This document shows, piece after piece, positions 1 to 9,637 of a DNA stretch of 64,000 nucleotides. Under the pieces are notes generated by a model that saw nothing but the letters and a program-made list of their open reading frames with translations, ran no database searches and was not told the DNA's origin. The stretch comes from Polyangia bacterium (GTDB lineage: Bacteria; Myxococcota_A; Polyangia; JAAYKL01): the NCBI GenBank assembly GCA_050287845.1, contig JBNKCR010000055.1, positions 186,637-250,636 on the forward strand, given 5' to 3'. Every line of letters starts with the position of its first letter. The stretch's first letter is position 1. The position numbers and the translations under genes were made by a program.

Positions 1-474
1 GGCACTTTTCGTGAGGATTTGTTTTACCGTCTGAATGTGATGGATATGAAATTACCACCACTTCGCGAACGCATTGAGGATGTGCCCATTCTGGCGAGAT
101 TTTTTGTGCGGAAACACGCTCCCGACAGAGACATTGCCATTTCGGCCGATACCATGGCTCAGCTGATGCGATACAGCTGGCCCGGCAATGTCCGTCAGCT
201 CGAAAACGAAATCATCCGCGCCACAGTGATGTGCGGCGACACAATGGACATCGAACACTTCAGTGAATCCGTGCATCAACTGCCTTCGGTGGACGCAGAC
301 GGCGGTGATGCAGATGACTTGCATCTGGAGCGCCATGTGAATCAGTTGAAAATCCGGCTGGTTCGAAGTGCGTTGCAGCAGAGTGGTGGCAACCGGAGCC
401 GGGCGGCAGAGTTATTGGGCGTTTCCCGGTTTGGGCTTCAGAAGATGATGGCGCGTCTGGAGATTGAAGTGTAG
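1..474 (+). CDS. Sigma54-dependent transcriptional activator (NtrC/bEBP family), 3' part; 5' end outside window
   Basis: Frame open from base 1: [13 protein letters not shown]...[17 protein letters not shown], and a C-terminal Fis-type HTH ([15 protein letters not shown]). Confidence 0.9.
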   Translation, partial: GTFREDLFYRLNVMDMKLPPLRERIEDVPILARFFVRKHAPDRDIAISADTMAQLMRYSWPGNVRQLENEIIRATVMCGDTMDIEHFSESVHQLPSVDADGGDADDLHLERHVNQLKIRLVRSALQQSGGNRSRAAELLGVSRFGLQKMMARLEIEV

Positions 475-578
475 CCCTGTGCCGTCCCGCGCCAGTGCAT
501 CAACGGAAACAGTGATTCTGGTCCGCAGCGTTCCGGGTATACAGCGATAGGAATATGTGAAAGAAAGCGAGTGTGGGG

Positions 579-1292
579 TTATTCTGCGTCAGCAGCAGGA
601 GCAGCAGCGGGGGCGGCTGCAGCCGGTTTTGCTTCGACGGCAGGTGCGGGCGGCGCGGCGGGTTTTTCTTCCGCGTCATCTGCAGTTGTGGCCGGTGCGG
701 GTTTTTTGGCCGGTTTCTTTGCTACCTGTTTTTTCACCGCAGGTTTGGCCGGTGTCGCGGGTGCTTCCGCTTCTTCGGCTTCGTCAGCCTCCGCTTCATC
801 GTCAGCATCTGCAGCGGCTTCGCTATCAGCGGCCGCTTCATCGTCGGCTTCCTCGGCTGTGCTATCGCCATTTTCCTCGGCTGCACTGTCCGTCGCTTCG
901 GCCGTTTCATCAGCTGCATCGGCAGGTGCGTCGGCTGCTTTGGCATCATCAGCGCTTTCATCGTCCGTTTTGCTTTCGGTCGTTCCGAATTCTTTGGCAA
1001 TATCGATTTCCTTGCCACTGGCGTCCATCTCCATCAGGCTGGCTTTCTTTTCAAGACCAGAAGATTTGGATGAGGATGTCCACGCCAGAACAATCGACGA
1101 AACCATAAATAATGCCGCTACGATTCCAGTCAGTTTTCCAATGAAGGAACCTGCGCCTCTGGGACCGAAAACGCTGGATCCGCTTCCCCCGAATGCCACT
1201 CCCATTCCGCCACCTTTGCCTGTTTGCAGCAGGATGACGAGAATCAGAAACAAACAGAAAATGATATGTAAAGTTGTGAGTAAATAAATCAT
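579..1292 (-). CDS. secG: Preprotein translocase subunit SecG with long acidic/Ala-rich C-terminal extension
   Basis: Two TM helices with LLQTGKGGGMGVAFGGSGSSVFG; lies downstream of tpiA as in many bacteria. Confidence 0.93.
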   Translation of the reverse strand: MIYLLTTLHIIFCLFLILVILLQTGKGGGMGVAFGGSGSSVFGPRGAGSFIGKLTGIVAALFMVSSIVLAWTSSSKSSGLEKKASLMEMDASGKEIDIAKEFGTTESKTDDESADDAKAADAPADAADETAEATDSAAEENGDSTAEEADDEAAADSEAAADADDEAEADEAEEAEAPATPAKPAVKKQVAKKPAKKPAPATTADDAEEKPAAPPAPAVEAKPAAAAPAAAPAADAE

Positions 1293-1482
1293 GACGGGTC
1301 TTCTACATCTGGATAAATATCATTGTCAAGAAGTAGTTGCATAAATGTGCAAGTGTCATTCATGAGTGAAATAATATTTATTCAAGCCGAAAAATCCGCA
1401 GAATATGGGAGTGTCAATGGGGTCTGAAATGTCCCATATTCATTGGAATCGGTACCATGCGATTGGTTAAAAAACGTTATTT

Positions 1483-2235
1483 TTATGCGCCGGCGATAAT
1501 TCCCAGGAATGAATCTGCCTTGAGTGCAGCTCCGCCAACCAGTGCGCCGTCCACATCGGGTTGCGCCAGCAAATCTTCGGCATTGTCCGGTTTCACGCTG
1601 CCACCGTACTGGATTCTCACTTTGTCGGCCGCTTCCTGATCAAACAGTCTGGCAACGAGATCGCGAATGAATTTGTGCGCAGACTGTGCCTGCTCAGTGG
1701 TGGCCACCTTTCCGGTGCCGATAGCCCATACCGGTTCGTAGGCGATGGTGACTTTTTCGAGCTGGGCTCTGGTGAGGCCCCTGATGCCGGCGACGGTCTG
1801 CTCTTCGAGAACTTTCTCCGTGGCGTTGGCTTCGCGTTCTTCGAGTTTTTCACCGACGCAAAGAATTACTTCCAGACCTTCCGCCAGAAGTGCATCTAAT
1901 TTTTTGCGAATGATTTCATCTGTTTCGCCGATGACATGACGTCTCTCCGAGTGACCGACCAACGCAAATTCAACACCAGCATCTTTCAACATCGCAGTTG
2001 AAATTTCGCCAGTAAATGCACCGTTTTTCTCGAAATACACATCCTGCGCACCCAAACGTACGGGTGTGCCGGCAACCACTTCTTTCACCGCGCCAATGGC
2101 GAGGAATTGCGGAACGACAGCCACATCGGCGTTGGCGTCGGCGGGCAGACCGGCCACAACACTTCTGGCCAGCTCTACGGCTTCTGCGATGGTACAATTC
2201 ATTTTCCAGTTTCCTGCTACAAAAGCTTTACGCAT
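1483..2235 (-). CDS. tpiA: Triosephosphate isomerase
   Basis: AGNWKMN, GAFTGEIS, GHSERR, AYEPVWAIGTG and YGGSVKP motifs intact; ATG at 2235 preceded by GAGGT. Confidence 0.97.
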   Translation of the reverse strand: MRKAFVAGNWKMNCTIAEAVELARSVVAGLPADANADVAVVPQFLAIGAVKEVVAGTPVRLGAQDVYFEKNGAFTGEISTAMLKDAGVEFALVGHSERRHVIGETDEIIRKKLDALLAEGLEVILCVGEKLEEREANATEKVLEEQTVAGIRGLTRAQLEKVTIAYEPVWAIGTGKVATTEQAQSAHKFIRDLVARLFDQEAADKVRIQYGGSVKPDNAEDLLAQPDVDGALVGGAALKADSFLGIIAGA

Positions 2236-2297
2236 ATTCAGTACCTCATCTGTGTAAGTCCCTGCCCGCAATAATATCGGGAGAGGGAGCTGGAGTT

Positions 2298-3491
2298 TTA
2301 TTTTTTTGACTGTGCGTTGCCCATGGCAACGAGCGTTGGTAACGTTTTTCCTTCGAGCATCCGGATAGTGGCGTCTCCGCCGTCGGATATATGGTCGAAT
2401 CCTTTTTCGAGTCCGATGCTGCGAATCGCGCGTGCCGTTTCTTTGCCAATGGAAATGCCATATGCGCTGGCGCCGGCAATGACCCGGGCAATGGACTGAG
2501 TACCGGCGTTGGCGTTCTGTTCCATGCCCAGATGCCCTTTCCAGATGATGGTTCCCGCTTTGCGGATCACCTGCTTCCAGCTTTCAATCGTCCGGCTGCC
2601 AATATCGTAGACGGTCAGATCTGACGGTACCTTTCCCGTACCGAATTCCTGCAGTGCTTCGGGATCGTCGCCGGCGCACACGTCGGTGGGCAGAACCAGG
2701 TGAATGTTTTTCCGGGCAGTGCGTTCCAGCAGATCTCTGGCCAGGGGGAATCGCTTTTCTTCCACAATGGACTTGCCGGTGCTGCCGCCGGTGGCCGCGG
2801 CAAAAGTGTTGGCCATCTGTCCGCCGAGCACAAGTGTGTCGATGCGGGGCAACATACTTTCGATATATTCGAGATTGTCAGCAATACGATCTCCGCCCAC
2901 AATGGCCACAACCGGATGGGCGGGTTTATCGAGAAATTTGCGAAGCGCGCGCAGTTCCCGCGCATATTGAATGCCCATCACCTTTATTCGGGCGTGCTTC
3001 AGGATACCATTGGTGGATGCCAGTACATATTCACTCAGGGAGAACGCATCATTCACATAAATATCGCAATATGAAGCCAACTGTCTGGACAGCTTTTCAT
3101 CGTTTCTGAATTCACCCGCATGAAACGCGAGATTCTCCAGCACGCAGATCTGTCCCTCCCGCAATCCGGCAATCACACTTCCGGCAGCATCTCCAACGCA
3201 CGAATCGGTCAGGAACACTTCGCCGATATGGGGCTGCGACGCCAGATTCGCAGCAATGGGTTCCAGGGACATTGTGGAAACCACTTTGCCATCGGGGTTG
3301 CCAAGATGGCTGGCCAGCACTACCCGTGCGCCGTTTTCCAGCAGATAATTAATTGTGGGCATGGCGACCTGGATCAGGCTGTCATCGACGATTTTCTGAT
3401 TTTCCAGCGGAACGTCCAGATTTACGCGCACAAGTACTCGCCTGGCTTCGACTTCCAGATCTTTCAGTGACAGTATTTGATTTTGACTCAT
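2298..3491 (-). CDS. pgk: Phosphoglycerate kinase homolog, catalytically degenerate
   Basis: Full-length PGK layout (RVLVRV..VP, SHLG.P, LENL.F, YVNDAF, MANTF, DIG, EGK.LP) upstream of tpiA; substrate- and ATP-binding residues are substituted (see findings). Confidence 0.85.
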   Translation of the reverse strand: MSQNQILSLKDLEVEARRVLVRVNLDVPLENQKIVDDSLIQVAMPTINYLLENGARVVLASHLGNPDGKVVSTMSLEPIAANLASQPHIGEVFLTDSCVGDAAGSVIAGLREGQICVLENLAFHAGEFRNDEKLSRQLASYCDIYVNDAFSLSEYVLASTNGILKHARIKVMGIQYARELRALRKFLDKPAHPVVAIVGGDRIADNLEYIESMLPRIDTLVLGGQMANTFAAATGGSTGKSIVEEKRFPLARDLLERTARKNIHLVLPTDVCAGDDPEALQEFGTGKVPSDLTVYDIGSRTIESWKQVIRKAGTIIWKGHLGMEQNANAGTQSIARVIAGASAYGISIGKETARAIRSIGLEKGFDHISDGGDATIRMLEGKTLPTLVAMGNAQSKK

Positions 3492-3680
3492 GTATGTTCC
3501 GGATGCGGCTTCGCCGTCTTAAAAACTTGAATAATAAATGTAAAACCCTTTTTTTCGCGGGAACCATATGTTGGGAATGCAACATCCGTCAAGTAAAGAA
3601 AACATAATTACTTGATCACGGGATAGTCTTCGGAATAAGTAACGGATTTGTACAAGTTTAAAACCACAGAGAGGTGATAC

Positions 3681-4328
3681 GTGAAGCAGAAAATTTTAAT
3701 GTTCGCTGGTATTGCGGCATTGTTTGGATTATCGGCAGTCGGTTCATATTATTTTTTCTGGTCAGCGCCGGATTGGCGAAAGCAGACCGATACGGCGTCC
3801 ATGGGCGTCGATCAGTACGGGCATCCCTGGATAGGAGCAGAAAAGCCCGAACTGACCATTCACGAATTTCTGGACTATGACTGCCCCCATTGTCCTGTCG
3901 CCCATCAGTATCTGCGGAAGGCGGTCGCCAGAGACCTGGATACCATCCGGATTGTCAGACATGATTATGCGCGAATGGCGTGTATGTTTGAGTATGGTGA
4001 TAAAGTAACCTACCGATGTCCGATGGTTCGGGCGGCCTACTGCGCATCCAAACATGTTCCCTACTGGAAATGGAACGATGAAGTTGTGGCCAGTCCGAGG
4101 CATGAGACCGGAAAGGAACCCTCTGTTTATTTTAAGAAAATCCTCGAACGCCTGCAGATTCCCGAGAAAGAATTCACGGCCTGCCTGGATTCTGATGAAT
4201 CTGGAAAATACGCTCAGAAACTGTACGAAGAAGCCCACGATGCAAAGATTAACTCAACCCCCACCTATGTGGTGGATGGCAGGCGCATGAATCTCAAAGA
4301 GCTGCTGACCCTTCTGGACAACCGCTGA
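3681..4328 (+). CDS. DsbA-family thioredoxin-fold protein, N-terminal membrane anchor
   Basis: EFLDYDCPHC active-site motif and STPT cis-Pro loop; hydrophobic N-terminus. Confidence 0.85.
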   Translation: MKQKILMFAGIAALFGLSAVGSYYFFWSAPDWRKQTDTASMGVDQYGHPWIGAEKPELTIHEFLDYDCPHCPVAHQYLRKAVARDLDTIRIVRHDYARMACMFEYGDKVTYRCPMVRAAYCASKHVPYWKWNDEVVASPRHETGKEPSVYFKKILERLQIPEKEFTACLDSDESGKYAQKLYEEAHDAKINSTPTYVVDGRRMNLKELLTLLDNR

Positions 4329-4414
4329 AGCGATAATTCCCCCGCGGATAAATGATGTGATTATTGGATTGAACCTTTTGGTTTCCACACTTCTGTATTG
4401 ATTAACATCCGTAA

Positions 4415-6316
4415 TCAATATAATGAAATCATATCGGAAATCAGTGCATTCAGGAGCTGAATGTCCAGTGGTTTTTCGAGCACCGGGGCGTTGCTTTCGT
4501 TGAGGAATTTGGAGATTTCCACATTGGAAGCGCCACCGGTCATAAAGATGATGCGCTGGGCCAGTGGAGAGGACATTCGCTTGAGGGTTTCCGCCAGTTC
4601 AAGCCCCGACATTCCCGGCATGAACACGTCGAGCAACAGAATATCAATATTCCGATTGGCACGCATAATATCCAGGGCTTCCTCTGCCGTTCCGGCCGCC
4701 AGAATGTCGTGTTCCTTTTCGAGGATACGCCGTGTGGAGCGGATAATTGCCGGTTCATCATCGACGATGAGGATGGTGCCTCGCCGGTCGGGGCGGGCGC
4801 CGGCCATTTGGGATGAGCTCGGCACTCGCGTGGGAACCGGCTTGGCGACCGGAAGGGACAATGTGAGGGTGAGGTTATCTTCTTTCACCTCATAGGCAAG
4901 ACCCGCTCCCGCACGGTTCACCAGCTTTGCCAGTACACCGTCTTTTTCGAGCTGGCTGAGCAGCACGGTGGGGACATTGAATGGTCCCGCCGAAACGGCG
5001 ATGGTTAGATCCACCTTTCGCTTTTCCGGAAGCAGGTTGATATTCACCAGCAATACTCTGCCCGATGCCAGCGCGGACTCCACGAGCTCAACAAATATGA
5101 GGAACAGCGAGCGAATCAGGAAATGGCTGCGACATTTCACCAGCAGAATCTGTTCACTCACGGGCCGGATATTCACATTGATGCCCCGCTTTGCATAAAA
5201 GCGAACCGCAGCCACCACCATTTCAACAATGCGGAGCAGGTCAACGGTTTCGGTTTCCCGGGTTTCCTCCGGCGCAAAGGAGCGCAGGGCGTCGGTCAAA
5301 TCTCGAATAACTTCCACCGCACGGATGGAGTCCTTGATAATCAGGTCCTTATCTGCGGGTTGGGTGTAGTGTCCCATATTTGCAGAAATCTGTTCGGTAT
5401 TGTTTCGAAGAACTGTCACGGCATTGTTGATTTCGTGCGCCAATCCAGCGGAAAGCCGTCCGAGGGCGATGGTGGCCTCAATATCCGCAGCCCTCGATTG
5501 GGAATCTTCAACGGATTCGTCCATAACCGCCAGTGCCCGAACACCCAGACCGATAATTTCGCCAAGCAGACCGAGGCTCTGCAACTCTCTGGGCGCCATC
5601 ACGGAATGCCCCTGAACATACAGGATCACGATTCCTTCGGGAGTGTGCGAAGCCATCAGCGGAATCAGAATCAGTGAATAGTTGGATTGGGTGCCATCCT
5701 GCAACACGTCTTTTACAATAACATCGCCCCTGGCCAACCGCCCGATTACCGAAGACCGGAATACGCCTTTGAGAAATTCTCTGTCGAAGGTGCCAGTGGT
5801 GGCGGTCACTGGCCAGTCCGCCACTGCGCCTCCCCATTCAATCGAAGCCGAGCAGATGGCGTTGGTGACCTCTGATATGACCACCATCGTTTCGGACAAC
5901 AACTCCTTTTTATTGGAGGCTTTTCGACAGACTGCGGCAATTCGTCTGGCAACCGGGAGCAATCTGGCCGCATCTGCGATGGATGCCACATTCGGGTATG
6001 CCAGCGGGCTTGATAAATCGGCCGAAATTTCCACCATCAATTCACCGCGATCATCTGTGTTCATGGCCAAAGCGACGGAACGGGGGACGTCATCAATCCC
6101 GAACAGGGTGGTTTTCAGCATGCTTCGCGATTGCGCCCCGGTTCGGAAGGCATCCATTTCTGCGTCAAAACGTTCATGGTGCTGGGGGAGAATATGTTCC
6201 CGGAAGGGTCTGTCCACCAGCACTTCTGTGGACAAGCCGGCGATGGCGCACGCCACGTCCGTCGCAGACAACACTACGCCGTCCATATTCATTGTGATAT
6301 TCGGATTTTGTTGCAT
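4415..6316 (-). CDS. Hybrid sensor kinase-like protein (PAS-like, GAF-like, HisKA, degenerate HATPase, receiver)
   Basis: H-box LGRLSAGLAHEINN; C-terminal REC (ILIVDDE, LLDVFMPGMSG, EKP). Start chosen at MQQNPN because the longer ORF overlaps the divergent gene. Confidence 0.8.
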   Translation of the reverse strand: MQQNPNITMNMDGVVLSATDVACAIAGLSTEVLVDRPFREHILPQHHERFDAEMDAFRTGAQSRSMLKTTLFGIDDVPRSVALAMNTDDRGELMVEISADLSSPLAYPNVASIADAARLLPVARRIAAVCRKASNKKELLSETMVVISEVTNAICSASIEWGGAVADWPVTATTGTFDREFLKGVFRSSVIGRLARGDVIVKDVLQDGTQSNYSLILIPLMASHTPEGIVILYVQGHSVMAPRELQSLGLLGEIIGLGVRALAVMDESVEDSQSRAADIEATIALGRLSAGLAHEINNAVTVLRNNTEQISANMGHYTQPADKDLIIKDSIRAVEVIRDLTDALRSFAPEETRETETVDLLRIVEMVVAAVRFYAKRGINVNIRPVSEQILLVKCRSHFLIRSLFLIFVELVESALASGRVLLVNINLLPEKRKVDLTIAVSAGPFNVPTVLLSQLEKDGVLAKLVNRAGAGLAYEVKEDNLTLTLSLPVAKPVPTRVPSSSQMAGARPDRRGTILIVDDEPAIIRSTRRILEKEHDILAAGTAEEALDIMRANRNIDILLLDVFMPGMSGLELAETLKRMSSPLAQRIIFMTGGASNVEISKFLNESNAPVLEKPLDIQLLNALISDMISLY

Positions 6317-6387
6317 AGTTTTCTTCTTCTGGCAAAAATTGGATGTCAATTTAGCACATGGATGTAACAGAGAATATACTAGAGTCA

Positions 6388-8052
6388 ATGCACAGAGAAA
6401 AAAAACGGTTCCGGAAGGAATGGGATATTTGTGATTGCGATGTAATTTTGTTGTGGATCGCCAATGTTCTGTTTTCCGCAATACTCGGATGGGGCTGTTC
6501 ATCCTGCGGAGGAGGGGCACGGGAATCCAGCAGGGAGGATGTACAGCCGGTTCCCCCGGTTCAGACCAGCTCCCGGGATTCCGAAACAGAAAAGGAAAAA
6601 GCAATGAAACAGATATTTCCGGCCCAGGTTGCGGGTCAATTCTATACAGACGATGCCGTTGCGCTGAAAGCGCAGATACAGGGGTATCTCGAAGACGCTG
6701 CCAAATCTTCCAGTGTCATGAACGCACTGAAGGAACGGGATTTGGTAGGGGTTCTCAGTCCCCATGCCGGATATGTGTACTCGGGGCCGGTGGCCGGATA
6801 TGCTTACGCTGCCGCCGCTGTCCGGGCATCGCAATACAGACGGGTCGTCGTGATGGCGCTCAGTCATCGTCGCGCTGCGCCAACCATCAGCCTGCTGGAT
6901 ATGGATGGCTACGCAACGCCTCTTGGGACCATTCAAATTGAGCGCGACACGGTACAGAAGCTTGTCAGAGAAAACCCCGAACTGTTCCGGGCAGATTCAG
7001 ATATGTTTGCTCAGGAGCATTCCCTGGAAGTGCAGCTGCCGTTTATTCAGGTGGCGCTGCCCCATGTAAAAATGATTCCGATGATTGTGGCAACCTTTGA
7101 CGACGACCTTCTAACGAGGGCCGGAACGGTGCTTTTTGACACGTTTGGCGAACATCCCGATACGTTGTTTGTGGTGTCCTCAGATCTTTCTCATTTCTTT
7201 CCGTACGAAGAGGCCCGAATATACGATGATAAAAGTCTGTCACTTATTGAGTCATGGGATATTGCGCACTGGTTGCCTCATGCGGCGCAGTCTCGCAAGG
7301 GAATGTGCGGGGTGAAGCCGATGTATACCTTTGCCCGGATGTTTGATAACTATGATTCGGAGTTACGTCAGGTCAGTCGACTGAAATATCTGAACAGTGG
7401 CGATACTGCCGGAGATCGAAGCCAGGTGGTCGGGTATGGCGCGCTGGCGTTCAGCCTGAAAAAAGGCATACGTACCGGGAAGTCGTCTGAGACGAAGTAT
7501 GGACCGTACACCCCGGAAATTCGGAAGGAATTGATGAAACTGGCCAGAGCCAGTGTCCGCGCTGCTGCGCGGGGCGAGACGGTGCGAATGGCAGAACCCG
7601 AATCAGCCATATTGGCACAGAGCGGCGCCGCTTTCGTGACGCTGAAAAAAAATGGTCAGCTTCGGGGATGCATTGGCCATGTCGTCGCCAGAATGCCGCT
7701 ATATCAGTGTATTGAAGAAGTCGCCCGCGCGGCGGCCATCCGGGATCCCCGGTTCAATCCCGTAACACCTGCGGAGCTGGACGGTCTGTCATATGAAATA
7801 TCAATCCTGACCAGACCAGAGCCCATCCGTGCTGAAGATGTCGTGGTCGGACGGGATGGTCTCATCATCAGTCGGGGTGGCTATTCGGGATTGCTCCTGC
7901 CGCAGGTGCCCATCGAATGGAACTGGGATCGCGAGGAATTTTTGTCTCACACCTGTCGCAAGGCTGGCCTCCCCATGGATTGCTGGCACGACAGTGACAC
8001 CCGGATTGAAGCGTTTCGAGCCATTGTGTTTGGCGAAGATGAGTTGGACTGA
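6388..8052 (+). CDS. AmmeMemoRadiSam protein B (MEMO1) - protein A (AMMECR1) fusion
   Basis: MEMO motifs VAGQFY, PHAGYVYSG, EHSLEVQLPF, SSDLSH, NSGD..G...VVGY; AMMECR1 motifs FVTL...LRGCIG, DPRF, GLLLPQV. Start uncertain (6358/6388/6604). Confidence 0.9.
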   Translation: MHREKKRFRKEWDICDCDVILLWIANVLFSAILGWGCSSCGGGARESSREDVQPVPPVQTSSRDSETEKEKAMKQIFPAQVAGQFYTDDAVALKAQIQGYLEDAAKSSSVMNALKERDLVGVLSPHAGYVYSGPVAGYAYAAAAVRASQYRRVVVMALSHRRAAPTISLLDMDGYATPLGTIQIERDTVQKLVRENPELFRADSDMFAQEHSLEVQLPFIQVALPHVKMIPMIVATFDDDLLTRAGTVLFDTFGEHPDTLFVVSSDLSHFFPYEEARIYDDKSLSLIESWDIAHWLPHAAQSRKGMCGVKPMYTFARMFDNYDSELRQVSRLKYLNSGDTAGDRSQVVGYGALAFSLKKGIRTGKSSETKYGPYTPEIRKELMKLARASVRAAARGETVRMAEPESAILAQSGAAFVTLKKNGQLRGCIGHVVARMPLYQCIEEVARAAAIRDPRFNPVTPAELDGLSYEISILTRPEPIRAEDVVVGRDGLIISRGGYSGLLLPQVPIEWNWDREEFLSHTCRKAGLPMDCWHDSDTRIEAFRAIVFGEDELD

Positions 8053-8178
8053 ACGTGACATACGGCCTACCTGGGGTGTTGAATACCCGGAATAGGTGCA
8101 TCGAGACGGGACACCACCGTGCCGTCAGTCTGTTGACATCAATGCCGGTAATTTTGACGCAGGTGCGAGAGGAAGGCG

Positions 8179-9171
8179 TCAGCCGACGTTGGAGAGATTG
8201 TCGGAAAGACCGCGTTTGATTTTTTCCACAAGTGTGGTTCGGTTCAGACCGAGAAGTGAGGCTGCCTGGTTTTTGTTGCCATCGGTGTAATCGAGGGCTG
8301 CCTGAATATAATGGGCTTCAATGCTGCGCAGGGTGTTTTGAAGATTGAGCCCTTCGTCGGTCAGCGGACGGATGAAATCAATCATTGCCTCGGCATTCTC
8401 TTCATCAAAGAATGGCAGATCCTCCACTTCAATTTCTTCTCCCATGCCAATCAGCACTGCGTGTTCCATGGCATTTTCGAGTTCGCGGATATTTCCCGGC
8501 CAATTATGAGCGGTAACCCGTTTCAGGGCTGTGGCGCTCAGGGCCAGCAGCGGTTTGCTATACCGATGCGCCGCTTTTCGGATGAAATGATCGCAGAGAG
8601 ATTCGATGTCGCCAGGGCGATCTTTGAGTGCGGGAAGTTTGAGTTGAATGACATTTAGACGATAGTAGAGATCCTGCCGGAAGGAACCCTCATTGGCCGA
8701 TTGCAGGAGATTTGCGTTGGTGGCGGCAATGATCCGGACATCCACGTGTCGCACCCGGGATTCCCCAACCGCCGAAAATTCTTTGAATTGGAGGACCCGA
8801 AGCAGTTTTCCCTGCAAGTCGAGTGGCAGTTCGCCAATTTCATCAAGAAAAATGGTGCCGCCGTCGGCGATCTGAAATCTGCCTTCGCGGTTCCGCATCG
8901 CACTGGTAAAAGCCCCCTGAACATGTCCAAACAATTCGCTCTCCAGTAAATCTTTTGACAAAGCTGCGCAATTGACCGCAACAAACGGTTTGTCCCTCCG
9001 GTTGCTGTTCATATGCAGTCCCCTCGCCAGCAATTCCTTCCCCGTCCCCGTTTCCCCTGTGATCAGAACCGTGCAGTCGGTTGGTGCAACCTGCTTCGCC
9101 TTTTTGAGCACTGATAGAAGTACAGATGAGTTTCCAATTATCTCCGAGCTGAATTCGTTCTGGGTGGTCAT
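8179..9171 (-). CDS. Sigma54-dependent activator without N-terminal regulatory domain (FleQ/FlrA-like HTH)
   Basis: GETGTGKE, ESELFGH, GAFTSA, FLDEIGE, WPGNIRELEN, LGLNRTTLVEK; ATG at 9171 with GGAGG RBS. Confidence 0.9.
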   Translation of the reverse strand: MTTQNEFSSEIIGNSSVLLSVLKKAKQVAPTDCTVLITGETGTGKELLARGLHMNSNRRDKPFVAVNCAALSKDLLESELFGHVQGAFTSAMRNREGRFQIADGGTIFLDEIGELPLDLQGKLLRVLQFKEFSAVGESRVRHVDVRIIAATNANLLQSANEGSFRQDLYYRLNVIQLKLPALKDRPGDIESLCDHFIRKAAHRYSKPLLALSATALKRVTAHNWPGNIRELENAMEHAVLIGMGEEIEVEDLPFFDEENAEAMIDFIRPLTDEGLNLQNTLRSIEAHYIQAALDYTDGNKNQAASLLGLNRTTLVEKIKRGLSDNLSNVG

Positions 9172-9226
9172 GTGGTATTCCTCCAAAAATAGTTCGTGCG
9201 ACGGCAACACACGTCTGATAAACCCT

Positions 9227-9242
9227 TGCAGGATTGATGCCG
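9227..9242 (-). promoter_or_regulatory. Putative sigma54 (-24/-12) promoter
   Basis: Minus strand CGGCATCAATCCTGCA has GG-N10-GC spacing, ~55 nt upstream of the 9171 start; imperfect consensus. Confidence 0.4.
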
Positions 9243-9637
9243 GAAGTGCTCGTGTGTTCATATGGTAAAAGTGTGAAAATAGTGGATTCGCTAGTGGCCT
9301 CTTAAAAAAACTGCATAAATTCAATGGGTTAAGTGATTCAGCAGGCGCTTCCGACTAGTCGGTTGTTCAGCGCAATTGGGGCTTTTTTTTTAATATTGAT
9401 GGAAAATATTTAAAAAAGCGGCACTCACCCAGGTATGGTTTTACCCGCCAATATCCCGCTTTCAAATCATGAAAACGCGCTCGATTCTCACGCAATCCCC
9501 GGAAAAGATGGAAAAAGGTGCGTGGAAATCACGCCTGCGACTCCCTGGCGATTGGGAAAGCCAGATATTCCCTGAACGTCAAATTCCTCTCATGTGTGAA
9601 ACTGACGCTTAGGTAGGATTTGACTCGCTGTTGTCGG

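Noticed and set aside
475..578. tRNA-Leu often found downstream of secG
   Set aside because: No cloverleaf or TTCGA T-loop visible in the gap.
557..1287. Long + strand ORFs (Ala/Ser-rich 238 aa and others)
   Set aside because: Antisense shadows of the low-complexity secG tail; no independent motifs.
6317..6604. N-terminal extension of the 729-aa ORF
   Set aside because: Overlaps the divergent MEMO-AMMECR1 gene and looks non-coding; start reassigned to 6316.
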